Origin: Amphiscolops sp. MND2022
Taxonomy: Eukaryota
DNA: 64,000 nucleotides
Reading direction: 5' to 3'
NCBI GenBank assembly: GCA_964187785.1
Contig: OZ076409.1
Location: 66,838,001 to 66,902,000 of the forward strand
Shown: in pieces, positions 36,816 to 49,100 of the stretch
Numbering within the stretch: the first letter of the stretch is position 1
Layout: each line of letters starts with the position of its first letter
Notes under the pieces: generated by a model
Databases searched by the model: none
What the model was told of the DNA's origin: nothing
Seen by the model: the letters and a program-made list of their open reading frames with translations, nothing else
Position numbers and translations under genes: made by a program

Positions 36816-38540
36816 TTGAGACGGTTCAAGAAACACGAAACGGTCAATCTCATTAGACTGAAGCAGACGGCCAGACTGAACACGCTAGAACCAGAACAAA
36901 ACGAGAAAACCGCAGATGTACTAAAGAAAGCAGAGAAAGACTTCGCATTGGACCTGCCTCTATTGGTGGATGAGACAGCACGCGATGTCAAAATCCTAAA
37001 CACAATTGCCGCAATCGAACAACAACAGCTGGAAAGTATCTTCTATCCCTACCGCCCCCACCGCCTTCATCTGTCAACCAGATTCGGACTGCTATTTTAT
37101 AATGACAGAATAGTTATCCCGGAAAATATGCGGTCGACCATCATTGCTATGTTGCACCACGGCCATGCCTCCAAAAACAAAATGGAACAGCTCGCCGAAG
37201 CCTTCTGGTGGCCTGGCCTGAACCGAGATGTACACGAAAAGGCAGAGACATGCCCGAGTTGTAGAGCCGCAGGTAAGAACATCATTACACAAATTCCGTC
37301 GACGGAGAAAAATAATTTAGAAATTTTAACCGAACCGAATCAGGAGATTCAATTGGATTTCGCCGGTCCAATAAAATCAAGATCACGCGGTGACGTTTAC
37401 ATTTTAGTAGCGGTAGACCGTTTTAGCAAGTGGCCCACCGCACAAGTATGTAAAAGTGCGGATACCCGGACCGTTTTAAAATTTTTAACCGAATACTTCA
37501 CAAACAACGGGACACCACAGTGTATTAGAACCGATAACGGCAGTTGCTTCAAAAGCAGCGAATTCAAAAAATTCTGTACGGATGAAAACATAAAACGCAT
37601 AAGATGCACTCCGAACCTACACACCGGTACCGGCCTAGTGGAGCGTATGATACGGACAATTAAGTCATTAACTAGAGCGAACATGGCCGATGGATTGAAA
37701 ATTGAAGACAGCATTCAATTAGCTATCAAAACAATTAGGCAGACTCCACACAGTAGACTAAATGTGACGCCTTTCCAAATGCACTTAGGCAGAAAACCAC
37801 GCACCGCACTTACCAACATAATCGGTAAATCTGAATGTCTGCAATCCAATTGGAAGAAAACACTAACAAATTATATTTTAGCACAACCAACAGAGCTACA
37901 AGTAGTCACCATCTACGACGCTGAAGGTGAAATGGCCGACTACCTGGTGCTCAACGATACACGAAAAAGAAACCGTTCGGTAAGTCGGAAATTCGAAAAA
38001 TATCAATTCTTAGAAAAAGAGAATAAACCCAACTCAATGAAATGTGGTTTTAAAACTAATAAAATTTTAACAGCAATGAAAGAGACCGACCACACTGTCA
38101 CCACTTCTGATGGTAGGACAATACATAAAAAACTCGCTTCTAAACCTTTAAAATTTCAGACCCAAAAGAAACCAGACGAACCGAAGAAGGCCATCACCTG
38201 GTGTAAAAGATGCGGAAAATTCAGCAGCGGCAAATTCTGCGAAAAACACCGACACTTAGACAACAATAACAACGATGCCGAGGAAGGACCCAGCACCAGT
38301 CGCACTTTCCCGACAATGCCCACAAAGAAGAAATACAAGCGGATAATCGCATACGACTCATCCAGCAGAGAATCCAACACCGCCGACCCCAGCTCGGGAG
38401 AAGACAACCCCGACTCCGACCGAAAAGAAGAAGATCCGGAAGAGACAGATATCAGAGCCGAGATCGGACGAGAAATCGAAAGATTGCGGGAGCAGACACC
38501 GGCACCTACAACACAGATCGGATGTAGCACCGGACGGTAA
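36816..38540 (+). CDS. pol: Integrase of element 3 (same frame as the upstream pol ORF, separated by one TAA)
   Basis: HHCC zinc finger (LHHGH...CPSC) and DDE core (LDFAGP, RTDNG, VERMIRTIK). Confidence 0.93.
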   Translation: MRRFKKHETVNLIRLKQTARLNTLEPEQNEKTADVLKKAEKDFALDLPLLVDETARDVKILNTIAAIEQQQLESIFYPYRPHRLHLSTRFGLLFYNDRIVIPENMRSTIIAMLHHGHASKNKMEQLAEAFWWPGLNRDVHEKAETCPSCRAAGKNIITQIPSTEKNNLEILTEPNQEIQLDFAGPIKSRSRGDVYILVAVDRFSKWPTAQVCKSADTRTVLKFLTEYFTNNGTPQCIRTDNGSCFKSSEFKKFCTDENIKRIRCTPNLHTGTGLVERMIRTIKSLTRANMADGLKIEDSIQLAIKTIRQTPHSRLNVTPFQMHLGRKPRTALTNIIGKSECLQSNWKKTLTNYILAQPTELQVVTIYDAEGEMADYLVLNDTRKRNRSVSRKFEKYQFLEKENKPNSMKCGFKTNKILTAMKETDHTVTTSDGRTIHKKLASKPLKFQTQKKPDEPKKAITWCKRCGKFSSGKFCEKHRHLDNNNNDAEEGPSTSRTFPTMPTKKKYKRIIAYDSSSRESNTADPSSGEDNPDSDRKEEDPEETDIRAEIGREIERLREQTPAPTTQIGCSTGR

Positions 38541-38897
38541 TCCACAGCAACCGGACATTCAAGGCACTCCGATACATCGACAAACTACGCCCGATACCGG
38601 AAATGAAACCGCCGAGCAAGGAGAAGGGACAACAGGTAAAATTAGGGCGGAACAAAATTTGTACTTTGAAAAAAATCAAATAAAATCAGAATCTGAACCG
38701 CGCAGATCCGAAAGAATACAATCAGCACGAAGAGTAGTGAAATTAGGCGGGGTAGAATATTTTTAAACCTTTTACGTTTAGGAGACGCCTACACTTTCAC
38801 CACTCCAGCTCGATTCCCATTCACCCCATTCCCACGAATCAAGAAGGACAACCCACAACAAAAATGGCTCCCTTAGGAGATCCTGGAAGAAGGGGAA

Positions 38898-39091
38898 TGT
38901 GGCATGAAATGGCAAAATGAACAATCCAATTAAAGTGAACATTGAACTACCTGCCACTCTTATGATGTCATGTAACGTTAATGCGTATATGTACACACTA
39001 AAAAATAGATACGATACTGATCTGTTTTGATACTTACGCTCTAGCTTTTAAATTCACTGTATTTATCCTCTTGTTTCTCTACGTTACTTCA
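38898..39091 (+). repeat. 3' LTR of element 3
   Basis: Follows the PPT; followed by TSD GTACC (39092-39096). Confidence 0.97.
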
Positions 39092-40559
39092 GTACCATAC
39101 CTGATCTGATTGTTATGCTCAAAAATACTATTTTGTTGGAAAAACTGCCATTGTTTTCATCGCAATTGGCTTCTAATACCACCAAAGTGGCTCGATCGTA
39201 CATTCCTTCAACACACTAATGCAAAGCGATTCGGCTTCTTGCAGTTGTTTTAGGCATCCTATTCTTTTTGAGCAATCTTTTAGCTTCATTATAAATACCT
39301 GTTGAAGTTCTTCCCTCTCCAGTTGCTCTTCCGTATTATACTGTTTCAATTGTTTCAAAGTGTTCGTTCCCTTTGTTCACGAACAGTGCGGTTTGTCATT
39401 GTTGCTGAATTGCGAACAAACGTTGTTTATTGTAGTGTCGGAATTTTGTTGAAGATGTTCCAAACTTTTAATTTTGTTTTCGAAATTTACTAATGCAGCA
39501 ATTAAATGTATTTGCATCTTGTAACTTTCGAATTAGCAGCTGTTTACGAATTGCCGATTACACAGTATGCTGCTGTCTTTTTTGAGACTTGTCAAAAGTT
39601 AATTTGTCATTCTGTTGGGTAAAAGCTGTAATTTTTTTGTCAAAATTCAGTCTTTTCCCGTGTCGCAGATAGTTTTGACAACTCTTTCAATGTCCAAATG
39701 TAATTCAATGTGTTTTGATGTATTCAGTTTTGCTTTATTTGAGGCTTTCCACGCCGCGACGAAATTTGAACTAGTTCCTTAAAGGACGATATGCCGCTGG
39801 TGTGCCGTTAGTTGCTACAACTGTCTTCTTTTTGGCTGTGCGTCGAGTTTCAATTGCATCCATCCATGCTGGGCAATCTCTTGTTTGTGGAGTTATAACG
39901 TGCATTTTAGTATCCGTAGTTGCTTTTCGTGACGACCACCGAACAATATGAATCTGATTCTCCCCCTTTCGTTTGATTAAAACCATCGCCATAAATCTGT
40001 TGTTTCTTTCCAACCAATTTTTTGTATTTCCGGTGTCAAGGAGACCAATTGTCGTAAAACGGGTCGAAACTTTTCTGTTACAAACGCTTGTTCAAATCGG
40101 GTTCTTTTTAGTCAGCGTTTTTCGTAGAAAACGCAGACTATTGCAGTTACTTCGCCAGAGAACTAGAAATCCGCCAGTTCTCTTGTATTAAGAAAGCACA
40201 GGTATAGTAATCAAGAACGCCGACCAAAATTTACGATTCCTCAATGAAAAGTAAGTTTAATATCTAAGTGTTTTGTAATTGAACGGAGTGATTGTATATA
40301 CCACGAAGAACATCCTGAAAAAGAATAAAAACATCTTGAAACAACAACAATCTCTTCCATTTCTTGACATTTTGGGGTGAGTTTTTAGTCCGCGCTTTTC
40401 GAAGAAAAACGCAGACTATAGTAGTGACTTTTCTTTTTTTATTATTTTAAGACCAACAAAGTGACAGATTTTATAAGCTTTATGAGCTGACTTGAACTAA
40501 CACTAAATGCCACACTACTTCTACTGGCACTTGAGATGGAGGTTAATTAGGCTTTTTTG

Positions 40560-40750
40560 AGGTCCCCTTTTACATTTTCGGCACTATGCGACTTACCGGG
40601 GACCAAAAAAAAATGAGAAATAATTTCGATTTTTATTCAATTTTTTCCTCATGCGGGTACTGTAGAAGAGAATACTTGACACTTTGAAGTCCTTTTGCTA
40701 TTTTTGAGCCTTAGATAAGGCGCCGACTTGGGCCGTTCCCGGCTTGTTTT
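40560..40750 (+). repeat. Fragment of an abundant dispersed repeat family ending GGCGCCGACTTGGGCCGTTCCCGGCTTGTT
   Basis: Related ends at ~41640-41672 (+), ~55608-55660 (-) and ~62865-62900 (+). Related internal motif (AAGTCGCATAGTGCCGAAA or its complement) at ~40575, 41345, 41458, 44660 and 56090. Confidence 0.55.
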
Positions 40751-43700
40751 GTCTTGAAATGGTCTGTACAAAATGTTCAGTTCATTTCCAAGTCCAGTTT
40801 CAAGAAACCACTCGTTTTAATGAGAGATTTCTGAGTAGTTACATCGGAAACGCAATGAGTGCCTTATGTAGGCAAACTTCAGAGCCAATGAGATTAGAGG
40901 GACTTTTTTGATTGCAAACGATAAATCTTGACTAGATAATAGTAATTGACAATGACGTCACCACAGTTTCACTCTATCGCTGATTTTTTTTTGATGAAAT
41001 GAAACGTGTAAATTTATTCATGAAGGTGATTTCTAGAAATTTGATCGAAACAACACTCACTATGACATTTTTCATATTACGACGAGTTTTTAAAAGTTTT
41101 TCTTTTACTATAGTCTTTTAATCGAATCGTTTTCGAAGAGAAAGCACGACTTATGTAGTGCTACGACTTACAGTAGCTAGTTTTTTTCGTCAGTTCAACG
41201 CCATCGGTCCCATTTTTGGGCATTATGCACTTTTACTATAAGTTCTTAGTACTTCTTTTTGAACGCATCCAAAGCTTATAAAATGAATTAAAGCCTAGAA
41301 AATATTCCTAAGCCGAAAGGTCCTCCCTATGAGACTTTCCTTTTTTCGGCTTTGTGACATTTCTTTTACGATGTCTCCAGATGGCCCCTTGAGTTTTTTG
41401 ATAAATTGTAATAGAATGGGTGTTAAAGAACCTCAAAGGGTCCCGATTCTTCAAATTTTTCAGCACTTTGAGACTGTTTATATTTCTCATTTTTTATTTC
41501 ATTCGAAATCTTTTCGATGTCTTCAAAGGGCCTCCAATTTTTTTTCATTTTTTGCAACAGAATGGAGATTCAAAATCCCAAAGGCTCCCCCTTTTACAAT
41601 TTTGAAAACTTTTGAAGTCGGCGCTTTAAGAGCGATAAATATGGCTCCGATTTTGGCCGTTCCGGCATGTTTATTTAAGATACAACGTGCAATTCAGCCT
41701 GATGCTGTTAGCTGCTGATCTTTGTCGTTTTGATTCAGCGAACGTTTGAGACAAACTTCATGCAGAAACCTGTCAAAACTCACATGTCTGCGTAATTTAT
41801 AATGTAGTGTGTCCGACTTTTACCGTGACTAGTTTTTAGTTAGCATATGTTTCAACAAAAAATGCTGGACTCCTATGAAAGCAAGATTTTTCGAAACCAC
41901 AGACCTCACACGGGATGGTCTACTTTTTTAAGAGACTTAGTGTAGCGCCTGAAGGGGTCGCAAAGTATCTCCCTTTAACTCTTCCGCAAAATTAGCTTTT
42001 TTACAAGAGCTAATGAGACAAAGTAGTGACGTTTGGTTTGTAGACACATCTTGGAAGTTTTGTTTTTTTTTCATAAAGCATTTTTGATGACAATATTCGT
42101 TGTGGAAAATTTCAGACAACAAAAAGGATTATGTTTTTACTTTCACGTTGTTTTTACTAGGCAAAATTTTCCCCAGATGAACTCCCTTACATGTATAGCA
42201 GAATCCTCCAGAAGTGGAACATATCAGACATTATCTTCAAGAATCTTGCAAGTATATTATATTTCAGACAGCCCTGTCAGATTCTGTCAGATCAGACATT
42301 TACTTCACAATCCGACGCTTCATGCAAGATACTGCAAAATCAAAGAAAATTGAACGAAATACTTCGAAAAAAAGGTCTGGAATGTACGAAAAACGTCACG
42401 ATTGTTTTCTCAAACCAAGAATCTTATTCCAAGAATAATATATTCCAAGAAAATATATTCCAATAAACCAAGAATATATTCAACTTGCATGTGAAACGTG
42501 ATTCAAACAAAGAACAAGACTCAACTGCATATAATATAATGAAATGTTCCATGTTGTTGGGTATATGTAGTCGCGCGGACTTAAATTTGACCGAAGTTGT
42601 TCAAAGATATGTTTTTCATTTTAGAAGTACGGGTTTTGGGAGCTGCAGGTTTGCCACGATGGTGACATAGGACATCCGGTTGCGCCGCGTCCTAACTTAC
42701 GAGGATCAAGATGAAGGAAGTTCAAGTTTACATCTACAGTGAGATATAACATACGTCAGTGCAACCTGATAATATAAACAATTTGTACTAAATATTAGGT
42801 GCATCCCAGAAGGTATTCTTTTGTTTTCGCAGGCAGCCCCCTGTGATGTTTAATTGACTTACGCGTGAAAAGGGAAGAAGCAGATTACCTCGGGAGTAGT
42901 TCGCCAATGATTGGAACTTCGGTCTACATGACGTCACGAAACTTGAATCACTTATGTCGAACTCTTATGCCGCAATCTTTCAATGCGTGTACATTTTTAA
43001 ATTAATGTTCTATATTTGTTTTGCTGATGCTGTGAAAAGATTCCAATTGAAATTCATTAATATTTTAAAATAATTTCAAGACTCAGGCATTTTCTTCCCG
43101 GTTACTTTTAAGATCAGGAATTTTTTTCCAAGATATTCCAAGATCAGGCAGTTTCTTCATAGTCCATTTACAAGATCAGGCAATTTTTTCCAAGATCCTC
43201 CGAGATTCAGGCATTTCATGCAAGATCAGACATTCTCTCCCATGATCTTCTAAGATACCGGCAAGAATAAATTATTGTTTTCCTAGATCTTGGAAATGAA
43301 ATGTGACAGATTCTCGTAAAAAATGTATGGAAGTTCGAGGGTTTACATTAAACATCAGTGAAAGTGGAAGGTAGATCTGGGATGGTAACGGCACTCTACG
43401 CTTCGTTTTCCCTGGTGAACGTCTTCTATGAGCCGATCCGCCATCTCTTAGCACGAATTTTGACCCGGCAGCAGGTTGATCTGTTTCGCTTATCGTTTCA
43501 ACATGTAATACGGGTTCAGTGGCCTTCAAATTCACTGATTGTTTTCACTCCAACACCGATAGAGCAGAATTGTGGAAAGTTGCTTGATTCGATATCTTGC
43601 AGATATCACACCCTTTCCTCACGGATAACCAAAATCAAACCTTGCTGAAACTCTTGTTATTGATTTCTTGTGTTATATGCTTTACGACTTATACGACTCG

Positions 43701-45233
43701 TGCTATTCTCTGTCATTTTCGATGTTATCTCATACTACATTCTATTATTCGTGGTTGTGAAATTGTGTTTGTGTCTATTAATCGTCTCATAGTATTATTG
43801 TGTGATAAGTGACTTTCAAACTGCTCTTTTCATCCTTGAAAAGACACCTTAAAACAGCCAAAGACTAGCGAAACAACCCACGGAAAAGAGACAGATCACA
43901 AAATAGTAAAAGAACGTGAGTTCGTTGTCACACTTACCCGCCCCGTCTTCATTTGAGTCGATTCTTCTTTTCCTTCGAATTTAAATAAAATTTATGTAGA
44001 TACTCAACCATTTCTTGTCTCGTGCATGGTACCTATTAGTTTAATTGAGTTGTAGTGGAGCTATTCACAACAAATAGTTAAAACTACTGAAAACCAAAAT
44101 CTTACACTCTGTAAGATCTTTGCACTTTTTCTTAAAACACATTCCCAGGTCAAGTGGCAATCATCTCAGGGACAGATCTGGAATGGCTAAATAAATACTA
44201 CTTAGGTCAGCTTTACTTGAGCCAACTGAACAGCTGCAATTGGCTTGAACCGTCAGCAACACCTCAGATGCGTCATACCTGACCAGAAAACAAGAGATTT
44301 TTTGTATGGATAAAAGTGCTACGTTTCAACTCGTTATACAGCCACGTCGACTGAACAATGGAGTGGAACACAGCAATGGATCGTCGCTCGGACACCAGTT
44401 TTCAACTTCTTTGGGTAGCTGGATTGAGAAAATGCTTGCGTCAACCAATCGATATCGATAACTGAACTGAGCAAATATAGCTCAAAAGTAGAATGATGTG
44501 GAAACAAGGCCACCACGGGTCCGGACAGAACAAGGATTGGCAACATTGCCAGACGTAAATGACGAAGTAAACATAGAGCACGTGGGCACTGAAACATTCC
44601 AGTCACTGGAACCGTTTCTCCATAGAAGAGAGCCTTTTTGGTGAAAAAATTTTTGAATAAAAGTCTCACAGTGCTGAAAAAATCGAAAGGGGACCCTTTA
44701 GTGTCGTGCGGTGAAAAAGAGAAAGGTCACCTTTTGTAATAGTTCACGTGGCCGGACTAGGCCGGTCCAGTAGTTCAGTAGTTTCTGTAAAATGTGTCCA
44801 CTACGCATACAATCTGTTATCTGATGAACAACTGTAACAGTCGCGCTCATTTTCTGTTTAATGTGTCATTTAAAACGCTCATTTATAACCTAGGATCCAC
44901 TCAAACTACAATTTTTCACACTTTCATCAGAGAATAAAACAACATATTCGTTCACTTTTTGGGAGAATAAACCCGAATCAATCAAAAGCAATCAATTTGT
45001 CAATCAAAAGCACGTTTTTTATAAGTTCTTGCGGTTCAAACTTTGAACAGGACAAGTATACCCAACAAAATAGAAAAAGCCAAGAATTTGAAAATAAGGA
45101 CAAAGTTGCAAGCTTCAAACCAAGGAAAGTTTTTGAGTCAATTGGTCAGCGTATGTTGTGGCAAGAGCGTAACTTCTGTTCTATAGCAACCTCTAATTTG
45201 GTTAACAAGTCTGAACAGATTACTCAAAATATC

Positions 45234-45306
45234 GGAGCTGTAGTGTAATGGTGTTAGCACGTCATGTCGCGACTAAGAAAAACAGGTTCGAATCCTTTCA
45301 GCTCTA
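45234..45306 (+). pseudogene. tRNA-like pseudogene or SINE head (73 nt)
   Basis: Acceptor stem GGAGCTG/CAGCTCT, D-arm GTGT-AATGGTGTTA-GCAC and T-loop GGTTCGAATCC are present. The anticodon stem is poorly paired, so the isotype cannot be assigned. Confidence 0.6.
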
Positions 45307-45868
45307 AAGCTTTGCTTTGATAACTAGATTGGTGGGTTTCTATAATTCCAATTTTCAAGAGAATATTTTCAGTACCCTAAAAAACTATTCTTGCGTTCTC
45401 GTAGACAAAGTTTGGTTTCCGCTAAAAAAAGTTGAAGACTTTCATTTTTAAAACAAAAATTGTAGATGTTATCAAGATGAGCAATTATGTAGATGCAGAA
45501 AATTGAGCAATTATGTAGGATCCACGTTTTAAAACTTGAGCGCTGTAGAACTCTTGAGCATTTTGAATGCGAAAAGAAATTGAGACTTGACCAAATCAGC
45601 ACTCGTTTAGGGCTCAAAATCGACATATGTGAAAAATTTTTTGATAAGCTTACAAGACCAAAAACTCCCGAATACTTTTAGGGAAAAACTCCAAATAATA
45701 CGACGGGGGCACTTTGGCCTCGTTTACGTCTGCGAAAATGAAACCGTATATATAAAATGAAACAGAAAACTAGAGAAAAGAAAAACCATATTCCCGGAAG
45801 CAACATAGAGAGCCACAATTATTTATGTTTAACCCACTGCGCTCGAATGTCAAGAACCGAAAGGGGAG

Positions 45869-46149
45869 TGTGACAGGTCTCAATCAAAAAGAAAGAACAC
45901 TAAAAAAAGTAATTAACTTAACTTATGAGGGACATAAACATTGAAGCCAATTTGTACATTTAGTTCATTGCATATTTACAAATAATGTATTGGTAGAACT
46001 ATTGAGTTCGGAGTTTGAGATTAGCTCAATCACCACATGGTCTAGATTCAATATAGTATTGCTTCCTGTCTTTGTATTCTGAAACACATTCACAGTGAAA
46101 GTTGAAATACAGCTTGAGTAATTACTTCACCGTACCAAACTCTAAAACA
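45869..46149 (+). repeat. LTR copy A of element 4
   Basis: TGTGACAGG...CTAAAACA; near-identical to 50433-50713. Confidence 0.92.
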
Positions 46150-49100
46150 TGGCGCTGCAAGCCGAACCACGCACCAGGTATTCAATTGCTGGATAACCCA
46201 TCTACAGGCAAGATGCCACAAAACCCCCAGAATTAGAATGGGAAAACTAGATCGACGTATTCGAAGTAGCACTCAAGGCAAATGCAATTTCGGTTGCCGA
46301 ACTTACAAAAACTACAGGCAACAAAGACAAAAGTCTCATGGGAGATATGGAGGAGACAACATCAATGAAAAAAAGCCAACAGCGTACTGTACCTGGCACT
46401 AGGGATGGCGGCAAGAAAAACCATCTCAGATAAATTCCCAACAGCAAACATTGCATAAATCACCTTGGTGGATCTAATCAAAACGTGTAAATAAAGTTTC
46501 GAAAAGCCCAAAAACGAAACACTTGACCGATTCAAATTCCTAAGCCGAAATCAAAAAAAAACAAGAGACACTAACGAACCCAACAGTCTGGCAGCAAGAT
46601 GTAACTTTGGGAACGTCACTGAAAGCTTGGTAAAAGATGTCTTCATCGTGAACATGAATACTAAAGATGTACAGCAGAAACTGTGCACAGAGCCCAAAGC
46701 CACCAATGCACACACAATTCAATTCGCAAAATCTTATGAAGAAGGGGCACTGCGCCAACAATCATTTGATAAATTGGATAAACCAAGCATAAAGGCTGAA
46801 TCAAACTAAATAAACAACATAAACACAGGAGTCAAACGCACGGAGCCAACTAAAAAGGGTTTTCGATGCGAAGCCCCATGTAGTCCACAACACCTCAAGG
46901 AATGTAAAGCGATGGCCATCACGTGTATAAAATGCTGAAAAAAGGGCCACTTCGCGAAGTGCTGCCAAACGAAAGGCGCAGGAAACCTCGCGAAAAGTAG
47001 AATTGTTATCAAAGCACCAGCACAAAGATCCAAAGTATAGACGAAAAGGAAGACAGGAGCTCGGGTTCAGTGGTAGAAAACGACAAAATCGTGCTAACAA
47101 TTGACGGCGACGAAAACGGACAATTCTCCATGAGTGGAAAAATAGATGGAAAACCATTCAAGACATTGGTGGATTCGGGATCACCAGTCACAATATTCAA
47201 AATTGAAGAAATCAAACGAATTATGAAAAGAAAAACGCTGTTCATAAGACAGCTACCCGAAGATGAAGAATATATAGACTTCAATAAAAGAAAATTAAAT
47301 TTACTGGGTAACGTAATCTGTCAACTGGAAGTTGGAGACAGCAGATTAAAAATGCGAGGATATTGGTAGCAAAACAAGGAGCAAAATCACTGATCGGAAA
47401 AGATTATTTAAACACCTTCAGCTACAAATTCGTCTCGCCCACTCAAAATGAAGGTAAACGAACTATTTGCAAAAAAACAACAAGCGGAACTACAAAACCA
47501 AATGAAACTAATAAGCTAAGCGAAACGATCAATTCAGAAAATTGGAACGACCAACAAAATGAGCAGTTAAAAATAAAACAGCAATTTGAAGAAATACTCG
47601 AACGGCAAGGCAAGTTAAATAGACACAAAGGTCGAATTGAATTTAAACAAAATGCCAAAATAACACAACAAAAAGGCAGAAGGGTGCCAATACAATAACA
47701 AGACGCAGTGCAAGCTGAAATTTATAGGTTACTAGAGGAAGGGCGCATTGAAAAGGTAAACGAAGTAACGGATAAACAATTTATTCAACCCGTAGCTATC
47801 ACGGTGAAAAATGATAAAAGTGTGAAAATCGCTTTAGACGCACGTGCACTGAATAATGAAATTGTGAAAGATAAAAACCAAATGCCAAATTTAGAACACT
47901 TGGTCGATTTAGTTGTCGAACAATTAGATAATAAAGAACAAAGGAAAGCATTGTACAAGTCACTAGAAATGCGCCATGCGTATGGACAAGTGCCACTGGA
48001 GGAAGGAACAGCAAAACATTGCAATTTTCAAGTTATAGGTGGGAAAGCCACCGGCACATATCGATTTTGTGGGTTAACCATAATCCCCACAGCATTTCGA
48101 AAAGCGATGGACCAAGAATTGGGAAACGTCCCAATTACATACGTTCTCCTAGACGACATATTGATCATGACAAAAGGATCAAAAGAAAATCATTTTGAAG
48201 AAGTAAGACAAGTCTTAAAAAAACAAGATAACGCTAACATCCGATTGAAATGGGAAAAATGTAAATTTGCAGCAGAAGAAACGGACTGGCAGGGATATAA
48301 AATATCCCAAACAAGAATTAACCCGATCAATTCAAAGGTACAGGCAATCTCTGAAAAATTAACACCGAAAAACTTAAAAGAACTCAGATCATACCTAGGG
48401 GCGGTGAACCAGCTAAATCGCTTCATTCCAATTTTGGCTCATTTATGCTACGAACTACGCCCAATATTGAACAAAGACCAGCCATGGAATTGGGAAGAGA
48501 AACATGATAAAGCAATTCACAAACTTAACGAAAGTGTAAAACAAGTCGCCGAAGTAGGACACTTCAAAAGAAGTTGCCTCATTAGAACTATTTGCGACGC
48601 TAGTAAATCAGGACTCAGAGCATTCTTGCATTAAAATGACGGAAATATTTGAAGACCAATACGTTTTGCATCACGTTTTCTAACACCTCTGGAAAATAAA
48701 TGTTCGATAAATGAACTAGAACAACTAACATTTCAAGAATTATGTATATGGCCCCAAATTTCAAATGTTCTCCGATCACAAAGCGCTAGCAGCCGTACTT
48801 AAAGGAAATAAAAATGATAAAGCATATTCGAGCCGTGAAACAAGACCGTGAAACGAGCCGTGAACGTGAGACGTAACAAGTAGTGAAATTAACCAAATCT
48901 CAAACAAATTAAAGTCAAAATTAAAATTGGCAAATCAGATCGGGCAAAACTTGTTTGTCGCAAATTATTTAGACGACGAATTCCCTCGAAAAATTTATTT
49001 ACATCCCTCCAAGCGCCAATTAAAAATTCTCTACTCTGGGAGCATCCAGGACGTGATAACATGCTCCAACAACTTAGCGTTATTTAGTGGCCACGTATTC

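Larger units (their letters stand above)
33169..39091 (+). mobile_element. Young full-length Mag-like Ty3/Gypsy LTR retrotransposon, element 3 (5923 bp)
   Basis: Identical 194-bp LTRs (33169-33362, 38898-39091), TG...CA termini, TSD GTACC on both sides, PBS TGGCGCAGTCAG at 33363, PPT GAAGAAGGGGAA at 38886-38897, domain order gag-PR-RT-RH-IN. Confidence 0.98.

Noticed and set aside
39100..40250. Minus-strand ORFs 39173-39358 and 39771-40013 as a gene
   Set aside because: Short, no identifiable domain and no consistent exon structure; possibly old TE debris.
43302..43932. Solo LTR with TGTGACA...TGTCACA ends
   Set aside because: The inverted ends are suggestive, but the flanks (TGAAA / CTTAC) give no TSD and there is no second copy in the window.
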